From contig JAQGDQ010000291.1 of assembly GCA_030141605.1 (NCBI GenBank), positions 167,071 through 231,070 of the forward strand: 64,000 nt of DNA, given 5' to 3'. The first letter of the stretch is position 1. Every line of letters begins with the position of its first letter. Shown piece after piece: positions 12,581 through 25,900 of the stretch. A program made the translations under genes and the position numbers. The notes beneath the pieces were generated by a model. It was not told the DNA's origin, did not search any database, and worked only from the letters and a program-made list of their open reading frames with translations. Origin of the DNA: Tubiluchus corallicola (Eukaryota > Animalia > Priapulida).

Positions 12581-13796
12581 CTGTCTTTTTGTTTTAACAA
12601 CACACAAACGCACAGGGCTGGTGTCTCGCTCGTATGTCACACTCCTCAGGGAGATTTATGTTTACATATGACCAAAGGTCAGCGAATGAGCAGGGCAGCT
12701 GGATCTCCTTCTACGTTTTTTGAGCTACATAGGGCCACGGTTTTTGGTACGTAACTAGGGAGAGTCAAAATCTTGTGTATATAGCTGAATAAAAAATTTG
12801 TATGTAGGAAAGTTTCGTGGCATGGGGCAAAACAAAATAGCAGTGTCAAGGACACAAATGCTTCCTGCTAGTGTCGAGTAACGGTGGTTTTTAGGTGTGT
12901 ATCAAACGAAAATTCTGGATGGCACGATGCCCAAGCAGGCACAAAACACTAGTAAAATGAAAACAACAAAAAAAAACTTAAAACATTATTATTATTATTA
13001 CTAATGTTGGTGTCTTTGTTCTGTCATTATGCCATTATTATTTTTACTTCTTCATCTAGTAACAAAGCAGAAATAGTACAGCACTATTGTTAGCACTTGT
13101 CATTATTTAAGCAGCAAACTGAGTCTGAAATATCTTTGAGAAACAGTGTGAACAATTGGACTAGGCTGGTGCACACCAGATTTAGCTAATGTGAAGAGGC
13201 AAGAAACAAATAATTATAGGTGGAAAAAATTAATTATGTGACACAAAATAATAGTTTATTAATAAATATATAACCATAATAAAGTGCATAGAACAAACGT
13301 ATATTAATCATTAAATGACATTACAAAAGTCTTTTACTGTTTGTTCGAAAATAAATGAATGAATAAATCATAGGTCATGTCAGAAACAAAAAAGAATAGA
13401 TATGCATATTTGTGAGAGTGTATACGTCATTACAGCAGAATTCACCAAAAAGGATTCACAAAAAGAGACCATTTTGAAAAGTGACATGTGAATTTTCTTA
13501 AGCAGACATCGAGATGGAAAATCAAAACAAGCTTATTAAAATGGACGTGTTTTCTAAACCTTTTCTTATCCACTATAATTAACATTAACATATTGCATGC
13601 TCTAACATGCAATTTAAGGCACATCGTTAACACAAAGTATTTCTTGTGCCTTTTGCTGTTGTAGTTGCACGCAGGCATGCAATTTATCACAACAAAAGCT
13701 TAATAAATTTCACAATAAAAAGAGAATATACTGTTCCCAGTTAACAATTTCTTTGTTCAATTTACTATTTACTACAAGTAAGCTCTGTTGTGCTAG

Positions 13797-14270
13797 CAAG
13801 GGCGGATACAGGTTTTAGAGCAAGGGGGGGGGGGCGGATACAGGTTTTAGAGCAACAGTGGGGGCGGATATAGGTTTTAGAACAACGGTGGGCCCAACAG
13901 AAAAGCAGCTAGAAGGTCTGGGGGTGGTGTAAGCTCCCCCGCAAAGTCCACCCGGACAATAATGCATTTTTCCGCATTTTAGACTATTTTCCTGCCTTCT
14001 AGAAACCATCTCTAGGAAGCTCTCTAGTTTAGAACAGGTGTCTCTTCATTTTTGACTCAAAATTACATGCCAATATTTTGATATACACTATACAGCATAC
14101 ATGATGTACATAACTTTCATCTGTTTTCTTGTGATATATGATTTTTACAGATATAAGGCACCTTTAGGATTTAGCAAATTGTTCTAATGCTTATAATTCA
14201 GAGACAATATTAATTTGGTGTGCAAGGGAGGGCCCAGGCCCATTGGGCCCACCCCCTAAATCTGTCACTG
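13797..14270. mobile_element. Degenerate hAT-like MITE
   Basis: CAAGGGCGGATAC ... AAATCTGTCACTG imperfect termini, G-rich subterminal repeats; no clean TSD. Confidence 0.45.
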
Positions 14271-14459
14271 GTTGCCTGAATCATTTATATCTATTATGCA
14301 AAGTGCAATTGCAAATCGAAGTTTGATAGCTACACACTATATCCTTTATGGCAAAATACAGTTTTCCATTCTCAAAGATACAAGAATGCTTGTGTTCACA
14401 CGGCTGTTAAACCAATGCACTTTGCAAAGATTATGAAGTCGGACTAAGGCACATTGCAT

Positions 14460-17400
14460 TTACGGCTGAAACGGGTGCCGGCTCTCGTAATCTTCCACGA
14501 ATGCCACTTTTACATTACCATCGGGGGTTTCTAATGATGTAACTTTCGTGGAGGTTGGTCTCTTTGTAGAAAACATGTGAAAAACTGCACGGGAGAGAAA
14601 CTGAAATAATTCTATGAACGTCAGTAGGGAGCAGCCGATGTACAGACCAAATGTTCCGCCAAGTTCCGAGAGAAAATTAAAACCCTGGAAGTAAAGTAAA
14701 AGAAATACAAAACACATTTCTGTACTTTAAGTAACTACTACTACTGAGTCAGTATTATTTGCATATTTGGAAAGCTGATTTCATTTTAATCAAGACTGTT
14801 ACAGGTAGTATGGCCAGGCATAGGCATACGGTGTCCCTGAATTTTTTGGGGGGGGGGGGGGGGGCAGAGGATTCTTTGCCCAAATTCTTAGAATTTCACC
14901 CGATTTTTTAGGCACCCATTTCAACAAGTACAACCATACTAAGTTCCAGATAGCGAATACAAAAAGGCATCATTTCTAATGACATAAGACAGAACTCATC
15001 AAGCTGATCAACATTATTTATTAGCCATATTGAAATGTGATGCACAACAAATGATATGACCTATATGGTCAGATATCTTGATAAGCTCTACTTATGTGAT
15101 TATGCACAAGCACCTGGATCATTAGGTTTCAAAGATTCTCATTGATTATTATATAAACAATATCCTAAGAACCAGAAGTGCGGCGATAACTTCCAGAACA
15201 GTTTACTTCCAGTGAACATTGAATGACTGAGATGACAGAGCAATGGACCAGTAAAGAGGAATTATCCATATTTCATAACTGATATACGAATCAGTTACAT
15301 AATCTGCCAGATCAGCAATCACTGCGCAAGGATTAAGAATGCAGCTATGTACAGACACTTGCCACTTTCTCACGTTGGTCAAATTAGCTCAGAAAAAGAA
15401 TGCATCACAAATGTTTGTTTTGTTCAGAAAATCTTTCATCAATGCGCGCGCACCGAAGACAGGAAGCAATAAGAGTTTAATAAACAATTGGAGACCGGCA
15501 GAGAAGCCAGTGACTAGTGTATTTTCGATTTTGCGAATGCTAATTGTTTCCAGACCACTCTCACTGCCGGTCAGGGACTGGGAGTCAGCGCGGACGGCGC
15601 CTCCTGTGAGATGAAGATTCGGGCATCCAGGTGCATGGCATAAATATTACTCTCTCAAGATTCAGGCCATATTTAAATTCCAGGAAAAACTAAGGCGATG
15701 ACGATTGAAATCTGAAAATATAAAGAGCAGTTCTGCCTGAATTTGGGCGTCAATTTTTCCTGAATTTCCCCCCTGGACCCCATCCCGTACTCCAATGTGG
15801 CCAGGTATTGAAAATGTTGCACTCTGTGCGGAATTATCCCCCTATAATAACTTACTATTACACTCATATTTTTTGGACGAAAATGTCCTGAACGAGGTCA
15901 TTTGCAATTCATTTTAGGAAAGATAAGAGCTTAAACCTCTCAAAAATATTGTAAAAAAATTAGTACACAATGGCCAATTAAATTAAGTTAAATCAACTAA
16001 GTCACAAATAATTTTAAATACAATTTAAAATATGTCCAGTCCAGTTAGTACGTATATTCCTGTTAGCTGGTTAGTTCAGTATTTTTGATGAAAACAAGCT
16101 GTGTCCAAAATGGCCTAAAACGATAAAAATCTTAAAAGCGGCACTTAATTATGATTTTCTAAAATCTGATCTGCTTACAGTGTATGTTGGATGAGTCTCT
16201 GTGAGTTGATAGCTCAGATCACTGTAATAAATGTTGACTCTAGCGAACTGTTCACTGAAAACATAAAAACATTTATCTTCAACAGAGATTAAACATGAAA
16301 CAACGACACAAATTGTGACTCTAGCGAACTGTTGACTGACAATGTAAAAACATTTATCTTCAACAGCGATTAAACATGAAACAACGACACAAATTGAGAT
16401 TCTAGCGAACTGTTGACTGACAATGTAAAAACATTTATCTTCAAAAGCGATTAAACATGAAACAACGACACAAATTGTGACTCTAGCGAGCTGTTGACTG
16501 AAAACATAAGAACATTTATCTTCAACAGCGATTAAACATGAAACAACGACACAAATAGTGACATGCCATCAAGCCATTTGTTCGCTTAACTGAAGCAACA
16601 CTGAGCACAATCAGTGTGCCTAAATATGACAACTACATCTGCTTTCATATGAAGCATGGGTTAAATGTGAAATGACTGGTGGATTATTAGGGTGTCTTGA
16701 TACAAAGAAGCCATGTGATTTAGTGGTCAAAACATTGGATGTGGTATTCAAAGGTCCCTGGTTTAAAGCGATCTCAGTTCCAACTTTTTCACATTCTTTC
16801 TCTCGGTCAAGTTTTGTTTTTAAATTTAATAGGCATTGGTAAGGAGTGTCATTCAAACATTCTATCATCGCAAAACTAAGATTACAGAGAATTTCTAAAA
16901 TCATTTTGAATGTTTTTGTTTCAGCAAGATTTTGCTTTCTCTGGATCAGCTAAGCAACTGTGCACAATGCATGTGTTAACTAGTATGCAGACCACTGTGC
17001 CACATTCTTGTTCACAAAACTGCATTCATTTCACAAGCATTAAACATAGACAAAAACATACATCTTTCAAAGAGTGAAATATTCACATGCATCTGAAAAA
17101 TTGCTTTGAAAATTTTGAAATACTTGCATACAGCACACAGGTTTGGCACATGAGGAAGAATAATAACAGATTAAGTCACTAAAACAGTAAAACAGAACTG
17201 CATATGACATGGAGAGAGTTGTAGTAATGCAAAACAGGGTAGTAAACATAGTAATACACTATGCAAAACAGTGTAGTAAATGTAGCAACACACTATGCAA
17301 AACAGTGTAGTAAATGTAGTAATACACTATGCAAAATTGTGTAGTAACGTTTTAACGAAAATAAGCATCATTACACGGTGAATGTAAAACTTTCTAATGA

Positions 17401-18178
17401 AATGCATGACATCAACAATGGAGTTGATCATGTAGAGTGTAATGGCAACAATAATGGCATGTCAGAATGAAAAATTTAAATATTAAACTCTAAACTTAAA
17501 AAGTTTGATCAAACGAAAGTTGTGGTAAATGAAATAAATTCATTTATAAGGCTTTTTAATTGAGACCGTGGTTTATCAGACTTTTGGTTTAACAAAACTT
17601 ACTGCCATATGTCAATTAGTGGCTCCAGATGATAATCATCATACTGATGTTCTGAAAGAAAAATTTTGTTAGAGAGTCACGACCTTATCATACCAATAAC
17701 ACACTATAGAAATCTATATAGAAATTTCTGACCTAAGGCAAAAATCTGCTATAAAATATTTAACCACAAATCAGTTACTAGCGAAACCTTTGTAGCAAAT
17801 TAGCTTTTCTAAGCAGAAATTTACGAAGTTAAATAAGGTTTACCGAACGCATCAATTACGTCTGTTCTGTTTTTATGGTTCTTTTCCAACTCTGCTTTCA
17901 GGAGGGGGGAGAATTTCCAAGATGGCCATAATGCTTGCGCAACTGAGTATTGAAAGGTCCTCCTTCTATACGAAAGTAATGTAGAATTTCAATAACAGAT
18001 CTGTAAAACTCTGAAGACGGTCAAAAGTTTTATACTGGGTAAACAACATCGATTCTATCAACGGGATACTTTCAGTAAGAAAATACAAGCAAAAGCTACC
18101 ACATAAAATAGAGAGAGAGAGAGACATAGAGAGAGAGAGACAGAGAGAGAGGGGGGAGAGAGACAGAGAGAGGGGGAG

Positions 18179-18269
<91 letters not shown>

Positions 18270-19867
18270 GAAAGCATTTTCATCTTCACAGGCTAAGAGT
18301 TTAATGACGAGTGCTCATGTCAGGTAAATGATTTAGAAGTTACCTGCAGGGTGTTTTACAGTCACATTCCAAATCATCCGGATTTGTATTATCAAAAACA
18401 TTCTTTGAACATTGAACTGATTCTGCAAACAAAATGGAATATTTTTCTAAAAACAAGTACATACTTACCATAAGTTCTTTTACACTTACTTTATTGAAAT
18501 TCCATTAAAACACATAGTGAATAGTAATACGCCATGTCAAGGGTCTGGCAGTCTATAAAAAGACACGCCAAGAAACAAAGTAAATTCAAATCCTACATTT
18601 TGGAACTCACACATTAAATTACTAACCAATAATTAATTGTATTGTGCAGATGACTGTCTAGTCATTGCTTGGTGTTTCAACACCAAAGTACTTTTTTACA
18701 TTTAATAAAATATACATAAACACAATGAGTAAAACTGATAATGTATAGTGTATTTTTTACATAATACATATCCAAGAAATGAACGTTATTGGTCGTAAAA
18801 ACTGCCTAATTTCAGGTAACAATTCCTTAATACAAATCCTTGAAAACTGTCTAGGTATGCATTATTTAAGACCTTCAAATAACACAAAAAGTACTTCATA
18901 ATTCATATTTGAAATACTTTGTCATCAGTGCCATATCATGCATGGCTTCAGGGGAAATTTACCAGTAGCTAACTAGGCTGGAGTGTAGGGCACAAGGGAC
19001 TCCATATTTTAGAGGTCCAGTGTTAAAATTCTTAATCTTAACAGAAAGTGCGCATCCTTTCATATAAAGCGTGTATTTTATAATAAACCACAAGCAGTTA
19101 CTTGGTCGGCTTTTATATTTTGTGGCACACAAACTACAATTATATTAGAAGAAGTAATCTACAAAGTTGAAATTTTAGACTATAATATTCCAATGCATTA
19201 ACTTTTGATTGTGAAAGTTTAGTTTTATTGGTTTTTAAGATATAATCGAAAAGCTCTGCATGCTAAAAATTAAATGTTGAAACAATGTCGGCTAATCACC
19301 AACTGAAAAACAGCCAGATTCAGTGACGTACAAAGCATCACCAACTGAAAAACAGTCAGATTCAGTGACGTACAAAGCATCATCAACTGAAAAACAGTCA
19401 GATTCAGTGACGTACAAAGCATCACCAACTGAAAAACAGCCAGATTCAGTGATGTACACAGCATCACCAACTGAAAAACAGTCAGATTCAGTGATGTACA
19501 CAGCATCACCAACTGAAAAACAGCCAGATTCAGTGATGTACACAGCATCACCAACTGAAAAACAGCCAGATTCAGTGACGTACAAAGCACTCAATACATG
19601 GCAGCAAAAGAATAAATATGTAAACCAGTTTATGTTATGATCATCACCAGATAAAATAAGGCACTACTAAAGAACTGTTGCAATGAAAAAAAGGGACTTG
19701 ATCCTTTGGATTACGGAATCTGGAACTTTCATAAAGAGAGTGCATAATACAGCAGGGAAAAATTATCAGCCTAGGGTTTCATAGCCCCTGCATGGCATTC
19801 AGCATAAAAGTGGATTTCAGAAGAAATAAAAAATAAATAATTCTTCAAGAAAGATGATATATATACA

Positions 19868-19940
<73 letters not shown>

Positions 19941-22900
19941 TTCTTCAAGAAAGATGATATATATACATATATATATACTTACATATATATACATATATAT
20001 ATACTTACTAGCCGTAGTGCAGACTCTGTGATGCTTCAACACTGTCAGAAATGCACATGAATAATGAACGCAGCCACATCTGTTTACCATTCTCCTGATG
20101 ATACAACTTAATGTGCAAGCCTGAAAATTATAAAAACATCATAAGAAGGATGCTGTAACTTCAGTTTCATAAAAACTGTTACTGTTTTTACATTAAACAG
20201 TTAAATACAGATTAAATATATTAAATTACAGGACTTGAAAAACATTATTAATCATTTTATTTTATTTTATTTTATTTCTGCTTTTGGTAGTTTAGTATTT
20301 TAGAAAATTCCAGCATTAGATAGCTGTTAATTAGAAATTAATAAAAATTATTTTCCACATACAGTAGGCGCTGCTTAATAGACTCAATCGCTTAATTGTC
20401 TCAAAAATGCCTAAGTACTGGCCGCTTCTATTCTAATGTACATAAAAACTGTCAGTTATTGACTCAAATAAGCCGCATAATTGACTCAATATTTTTGCTT
20501 CACGTGCTTCAATAAGGCACTTTCGTGTAACTAATAAGCTTTTATGACTTTTTTATCATATTAGTTCACTTTTGTCCTATAATATACATAAAAACAGTCA
20601 TGTTAAGTACCATTTTGTTTGTCCGTTTATCATACGCTAATTATGCTAGTCTAATGGTTTCCTTTGACCTGCCCGTCCACTGCAATTAACTTCGTTAACC
20701 AAGAATTTCTGGAAGCTAAACATTCAATCACTTGCTTAGCGGTTTGCTTTTGAAGCTCTGGCTGGGCTGTCTTTGCCAGAAACCTCAATCAGTTAGATGT
20801 TACTGTTATGCCAGGGATGCAGGTACGGTACAGTAAGACGTCACGTTAGCAAGTGGGAGCTTAGACGAAACTACAGATGAAGCTACTTGCGGGAAAACAC
20901 GGGCACTACCAACAGTTTAAGTACGATAAGCACTAAGTATTTTACGGGAATTTGTGCATCATACAACACGTTTTCAAAGTTTTTATCATTATACGAACTT
21001 TGCGAGCCAACTTCTGCACGATAAAATGAAGCAGCCGACTTTGAAGGAATTTTTTGTAGTTTTTGCAAATAAACAGACTTGTGCGTGCAAATGTGTGATT
21101 TAGAAAAGGATACTTTTTAATTTATCGTATAATTCACTCATACAGGTTAATATTTTGAAATATATATTTTAACTTCACAAAAGAATTTAGGCATTACTTC
21201 GTTTCTAAAATTCATTAAAAACCTTTGCAGTGCATAGTAAGTTGACATGATATTCACTCATATACTTCTATACCTGTAATACTACACCCATCGGTTAATA
21301 GATTCAGTCCGAACACTTCGGTCCCAAAGTGAGTCTATTAAGCGGCGCCTACTGTATTTCCAAGCAATTAATTTTTGCATTAAGAACATCACATTACAGT
21401 CTCTTATAAAATGAATCAATAGCTTAGAAAATAACCAATTGAGATCTTGATGTTAAAATATTTTGCCAATTTTCTCTTTTTAAAGTATTTGCACATTCTG
21501 ATATTTAGTATAAGTAGCTAGTGTAGCAAAATTGTGTTTTCAAGAAGATATGATAGCAGAAATACATTTGAAATTGCCGGGTAATGGGTCTTAGAAAGCC
21601 CGATAAAGATACCTTTACGTTGTAGTTATCATCTGGAAAATACTGAGTAACTTTGTGCTGAGATTCTGCAGAACTTGTGCAATTCTCATACGGTGGTTTT
21701 GCTCTGTGCAGTTCAGTCTGCAAACACAAATAGATGAGCATCCCGTAGAACTGGCGGGTGTACTAACAAAGTTTGTACTGGTCTACTTCCCTTCTCAATG
21801 ATGCAAACACTAGTTGGTAATATGGCAGATGAAAGCGCTGAGAAATAGTTTCTCCTGTGGCTACCCAACTACTGAATACACTGAGCATTGTTTAACTTCA
21901 GTCGTTAAGCAGAAACTGTAGCTAATTTCTTCAATTGATTATTTGTAGCACATTTTGTGCCTGTTGAGCAACTGAGTGCTTATAAGTGTAATGCACTGTA
22001 ATTTAATTCATTTAAAACAGAAGAGTTGCATTTTTCTTTTTTACATGCCTAAGATAGCCGTGCTACTTGATAATAAAATAGGCGATCACTTGTAAATAAC
22101 TGTACGGAAGAATTTCTAAATAAGAAAGTGCTACATACCATCTTGACAGCTATAGATGTCTCAAAATTCGGTGGGGCGTCGATTCCGTCTTGTAGTGGAA
22201 ATGGAGTCGACTTCTGATCATGTATCACTATTCTCATAGCAGCAGAATTAGCTATTTGGCCAATATAATTTTCCTGGTTCAGAAAAAGCAGTATCTTTAG
22301 ACCTAGAGTACGAAATAATGATATTGTAGCATGGTAATAATATAATAATAACAATAATAGTCGAAAATCAGCAGGGCCTATTTCAGCCTAGGCGAGGCCT
22401 GGGGAAGTGGGGCGTGTGAGGCCCCATCGGGGGGAGGGGCAAAGCGTCGGGGGGCGGGCGCTACCATCGTTGGCACCCAGAAAATTTTTGAACTGCTAGA
22501 ACGCCGGAAAAGCATTTTCGAAAAGAAAATAAGGAGTTATGCAGTTGTTAACGGAAAGAACAATTGAAAGAAAAACTGCTTTATTCTCAAGACCAGTCCT
22601 TAATACTTGTCAATACAGGCAAACGGCACGCCTGCGGCAAGAGAAAGAGAGGGAGAGCGGAGGCAGTATGTTCGCATAAAGCAAAAAAGAATGTTACCTT
22701 GGTGCGAGGCCCCCTGAAGGGTGAGGCCCCGGGGAAGTATCCCCACTTCCCCCCCCCCTTAAAATAGGCCAGGAAAATCAGTCGTAAGCATCACTGATGT
22801 ATTAACAGTAATATTACTATAAAATCCTTGGCTGTTGTAATGATAAACATACCATAGAGTTCTCCTGCCTGTTTTGAAACTACCGTTGCCACATCGCCTT

Positions 22901-25900
22901 TAAAGCCAGAGTTGAATATGAAACAATTTCCGTACATCGGATCGTAGAATTTGTGAAAATGCCTAACAAAAAATCAGCATCAGACATTTTATAATCCATT
23001 TCTTCCCAAACAGTAAAATGCCTTTCCAGCAGATAAGGCAAAATTAACTGTAAACCATAAATTGTTACTCTCACTTTTTTTAGTTGGCTGCTTATGGCAC
23101 CATGTTACTTCTACTTTCTGTTCTGCAAATCAGGTGATAGTTTAATCAAAGTTTATTAAATACTTGGACAAAATTACTAATCTGTAAAAATTAGCTTTAT
23201 AAAGTTTTATAAAATCAGGAGCCATCCTAAAAATTTCACATCAAGAATGGAATACTTCTTCGAAAAAGCCCTCGTATCTAGAACAGTTACACTATTCAAA
23301 TGAGCAGCTCTGTCAAATGCGTTACCATGGTTATCATGCAAAACAACACTGTCATTACCTTGATGAGACTGTGCTATTCGTTGTTTAGCAATTGGTAACT
23401 TGTTGTTAATTACTTTAGAAAAGCAATAATTTAACAAAGCAAAAAATAGGTCCCAGTACCACCACAAGTATCAATAATCAGTAAGCCATACTTTTGAATG
23501 TCTGTTGCCAACTTGCCAAGTGTCAAACTGGATGAAAATGAAATTATAATGACTAATGTGAGTCCAAGAAATCTTTGCATTGTGGAAAAGTATGTCAATC
23601 ATGTGACAGAATTTAATTTTAATACTACAAGAATGATTCGTTTTCCCCAAAAATGAGACCACAGTGTTAAGGTCTTCAAGCACATTGTACATAAATCTGC
23701 ATAATCTCACTTCTCGAAATTGCAGTCTCTTCCCTTCCACGTACACTCCAAGACCATATCTTCAAATGTTGCACCGAGATGTAACTTCTCATTTTCCGTT
23801 AGGTTAAGAAGGTGAAAGTGTGTCATGAAACTGTCCAACTGCTGCTTACTGGATGCAATCGAAATGAGATGTTTTGACGTCTCGTCCTCATAATAGTCAC
23901 CATAGCCATAGTAGTAGTCATCATAGTCAGAATAGTTGTACTGCGTATAAAACTGCAAGACACAAAAGTGGCATGATTTAAACTGCTTTTCTCTACAGGG
24001 TTGCAACATTTTCAGATTGCAATAATATACCCACGGAGGGTATAGCAGGCAATTGCCCAAAACTTCTCATCTATCACCTAACATCTATACGTAACATTTT
24101 GCGGGACAAAACCTGCCACCATGCTAGATCCTATGGGGAGGGGATAAAATTATTTTTGTTGAAGCTGGGCTGTCGGTAGGTGAGGCTTTAATTCTTCGCG
24201 TTGAGCTGATTCGGAACCTCCCGCTACGTACATCATTGTTGTGCAACTATTAACCTTTTCACTTATGTTCTGGACATGCCCTTTCAGCTTGACCATCATC
24301 TGCATTTTATAATACGATGTTGTTTTCCCGAGACTTGGAAAGTCAGGGAAGTCAGGGGATCTAAAAGCTATCATGTTCATACGATATGTGAAATTATACA
24401 ATAGGTTTAGTATGTGCAGCCAGGAATGGATAATTCGCATTGTATAATAAGAAAAGTGTTTATATATGGCACTCCATCTTTCCTGGTCTGCATCTTAGAA
24501 ACTAGTCAAATACTAGCTGACGTTTTTGACTATGTTAAATGCAGTGGTAAGAATCTGCTTCTGAGATAATGAATGCTTTATGTGATAGCCACTGTTTTGT
24601 ATTAACAAGTAGTAAGGTTACAGATAAACATTGAAATGTGTTACTACATAAATTCACGTTGAAATGATGTCAGCCTTTCTTTGAATGTGTCATGATTTTA
24701 GTTTTAAAGAATTTGCCATGTTTGATCACCTAAGAATTGTACTTTATGTGAACTAAATAATATATAGATAATTAGGTACTTCAGTTCAGTTTCAGTGTAA
24801 TCATAATTACCTTGCTCAACCCCAGTTTCCCTAATAAGAATTCCTGCTTTTAACGGACACAAAGATCTATCACTGTATCTGTGTGTATATCTGTATCTGT
24901 GTCTATATCTGTATCTGTGTTTAAATCTGTATCTATATCTGTATCTGTACCTGTGTCTATATCTGTATCTGTGTCTATATCTACATCTATGTCTATATCT
25001 GTTCTGTATCTACATCTGTATTTATGTATGTATCTGTATCTGTGCCTATATCTGCATCTGCATCTGTATCCGTGTCTATATCTCTATCTGTGCCTATAAC
25101 TGTATCTGAATCTGTATCTACATTTGTATTTATGTATGTATCTGTATCTGTGTCTATATCTGTATCTGTGTCTATAACTGTATCTGTATCTGTATCTACA
25201 TCTGTATCTATGTCGGTATCTGTACCTGTGTATATATCTGTATCTATGTCTATATCTAAATCTATGTCTGCATGTGCATCTGAGTCTATGTCTGCATCTG
25301 TGTCTATGTCTGTATGTGTATCTATGGCTGTATCTATGTCTGTATCTGTATGTTGTTGTCAAGCACTCTAGTTAAAGGGCTCCCTCTCTCATAAAGCCAT
25401 TAACTTCATGCTATAAACTAAGCATTAAATACTGTTAATATAAATTTTTAAACATACGCCAAAGTTGCAAAATGTATAGGTTGTTGCTTACCTGATCAGA
25501 ATCTTGCCCAGTAAACCACGCATCGGTGAAATTATACTTTGTGAGTTTGTCTGCCTCTATTGGATTTCTATTGCAAACAGTTACTGCCGGAAATTTCAAG
25601 TTGCCAGATTTGAAATTGATTTTTACAGTAGCTGGATATTGAAAAAACCTAAAAATAAACAATTTATAAAGTAAAGACTAAAAGACGTGAAAACAAAATA
25701 AAAACTAAACTTAAGTTGTCCAAAATTGAAGTGATTAAATGCAGAAATCTGGAAATATTTCCCTCTAACTAATGGCAGGTATCGAAAATTTGTTTTATTG
25801 TAAAGGATTTTTATATTAATAAAAATCGGGGGAGAAATCTATGGTACGTTAACCTGGTAATCTATTTGCAACGAGACTGAAACTGTCAGAAATATTTTTT

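Noticed and set aside
12093-12640. Overlapping Phe-rich ORFs
   Set aside because: Derived from the A-rich repeat element.
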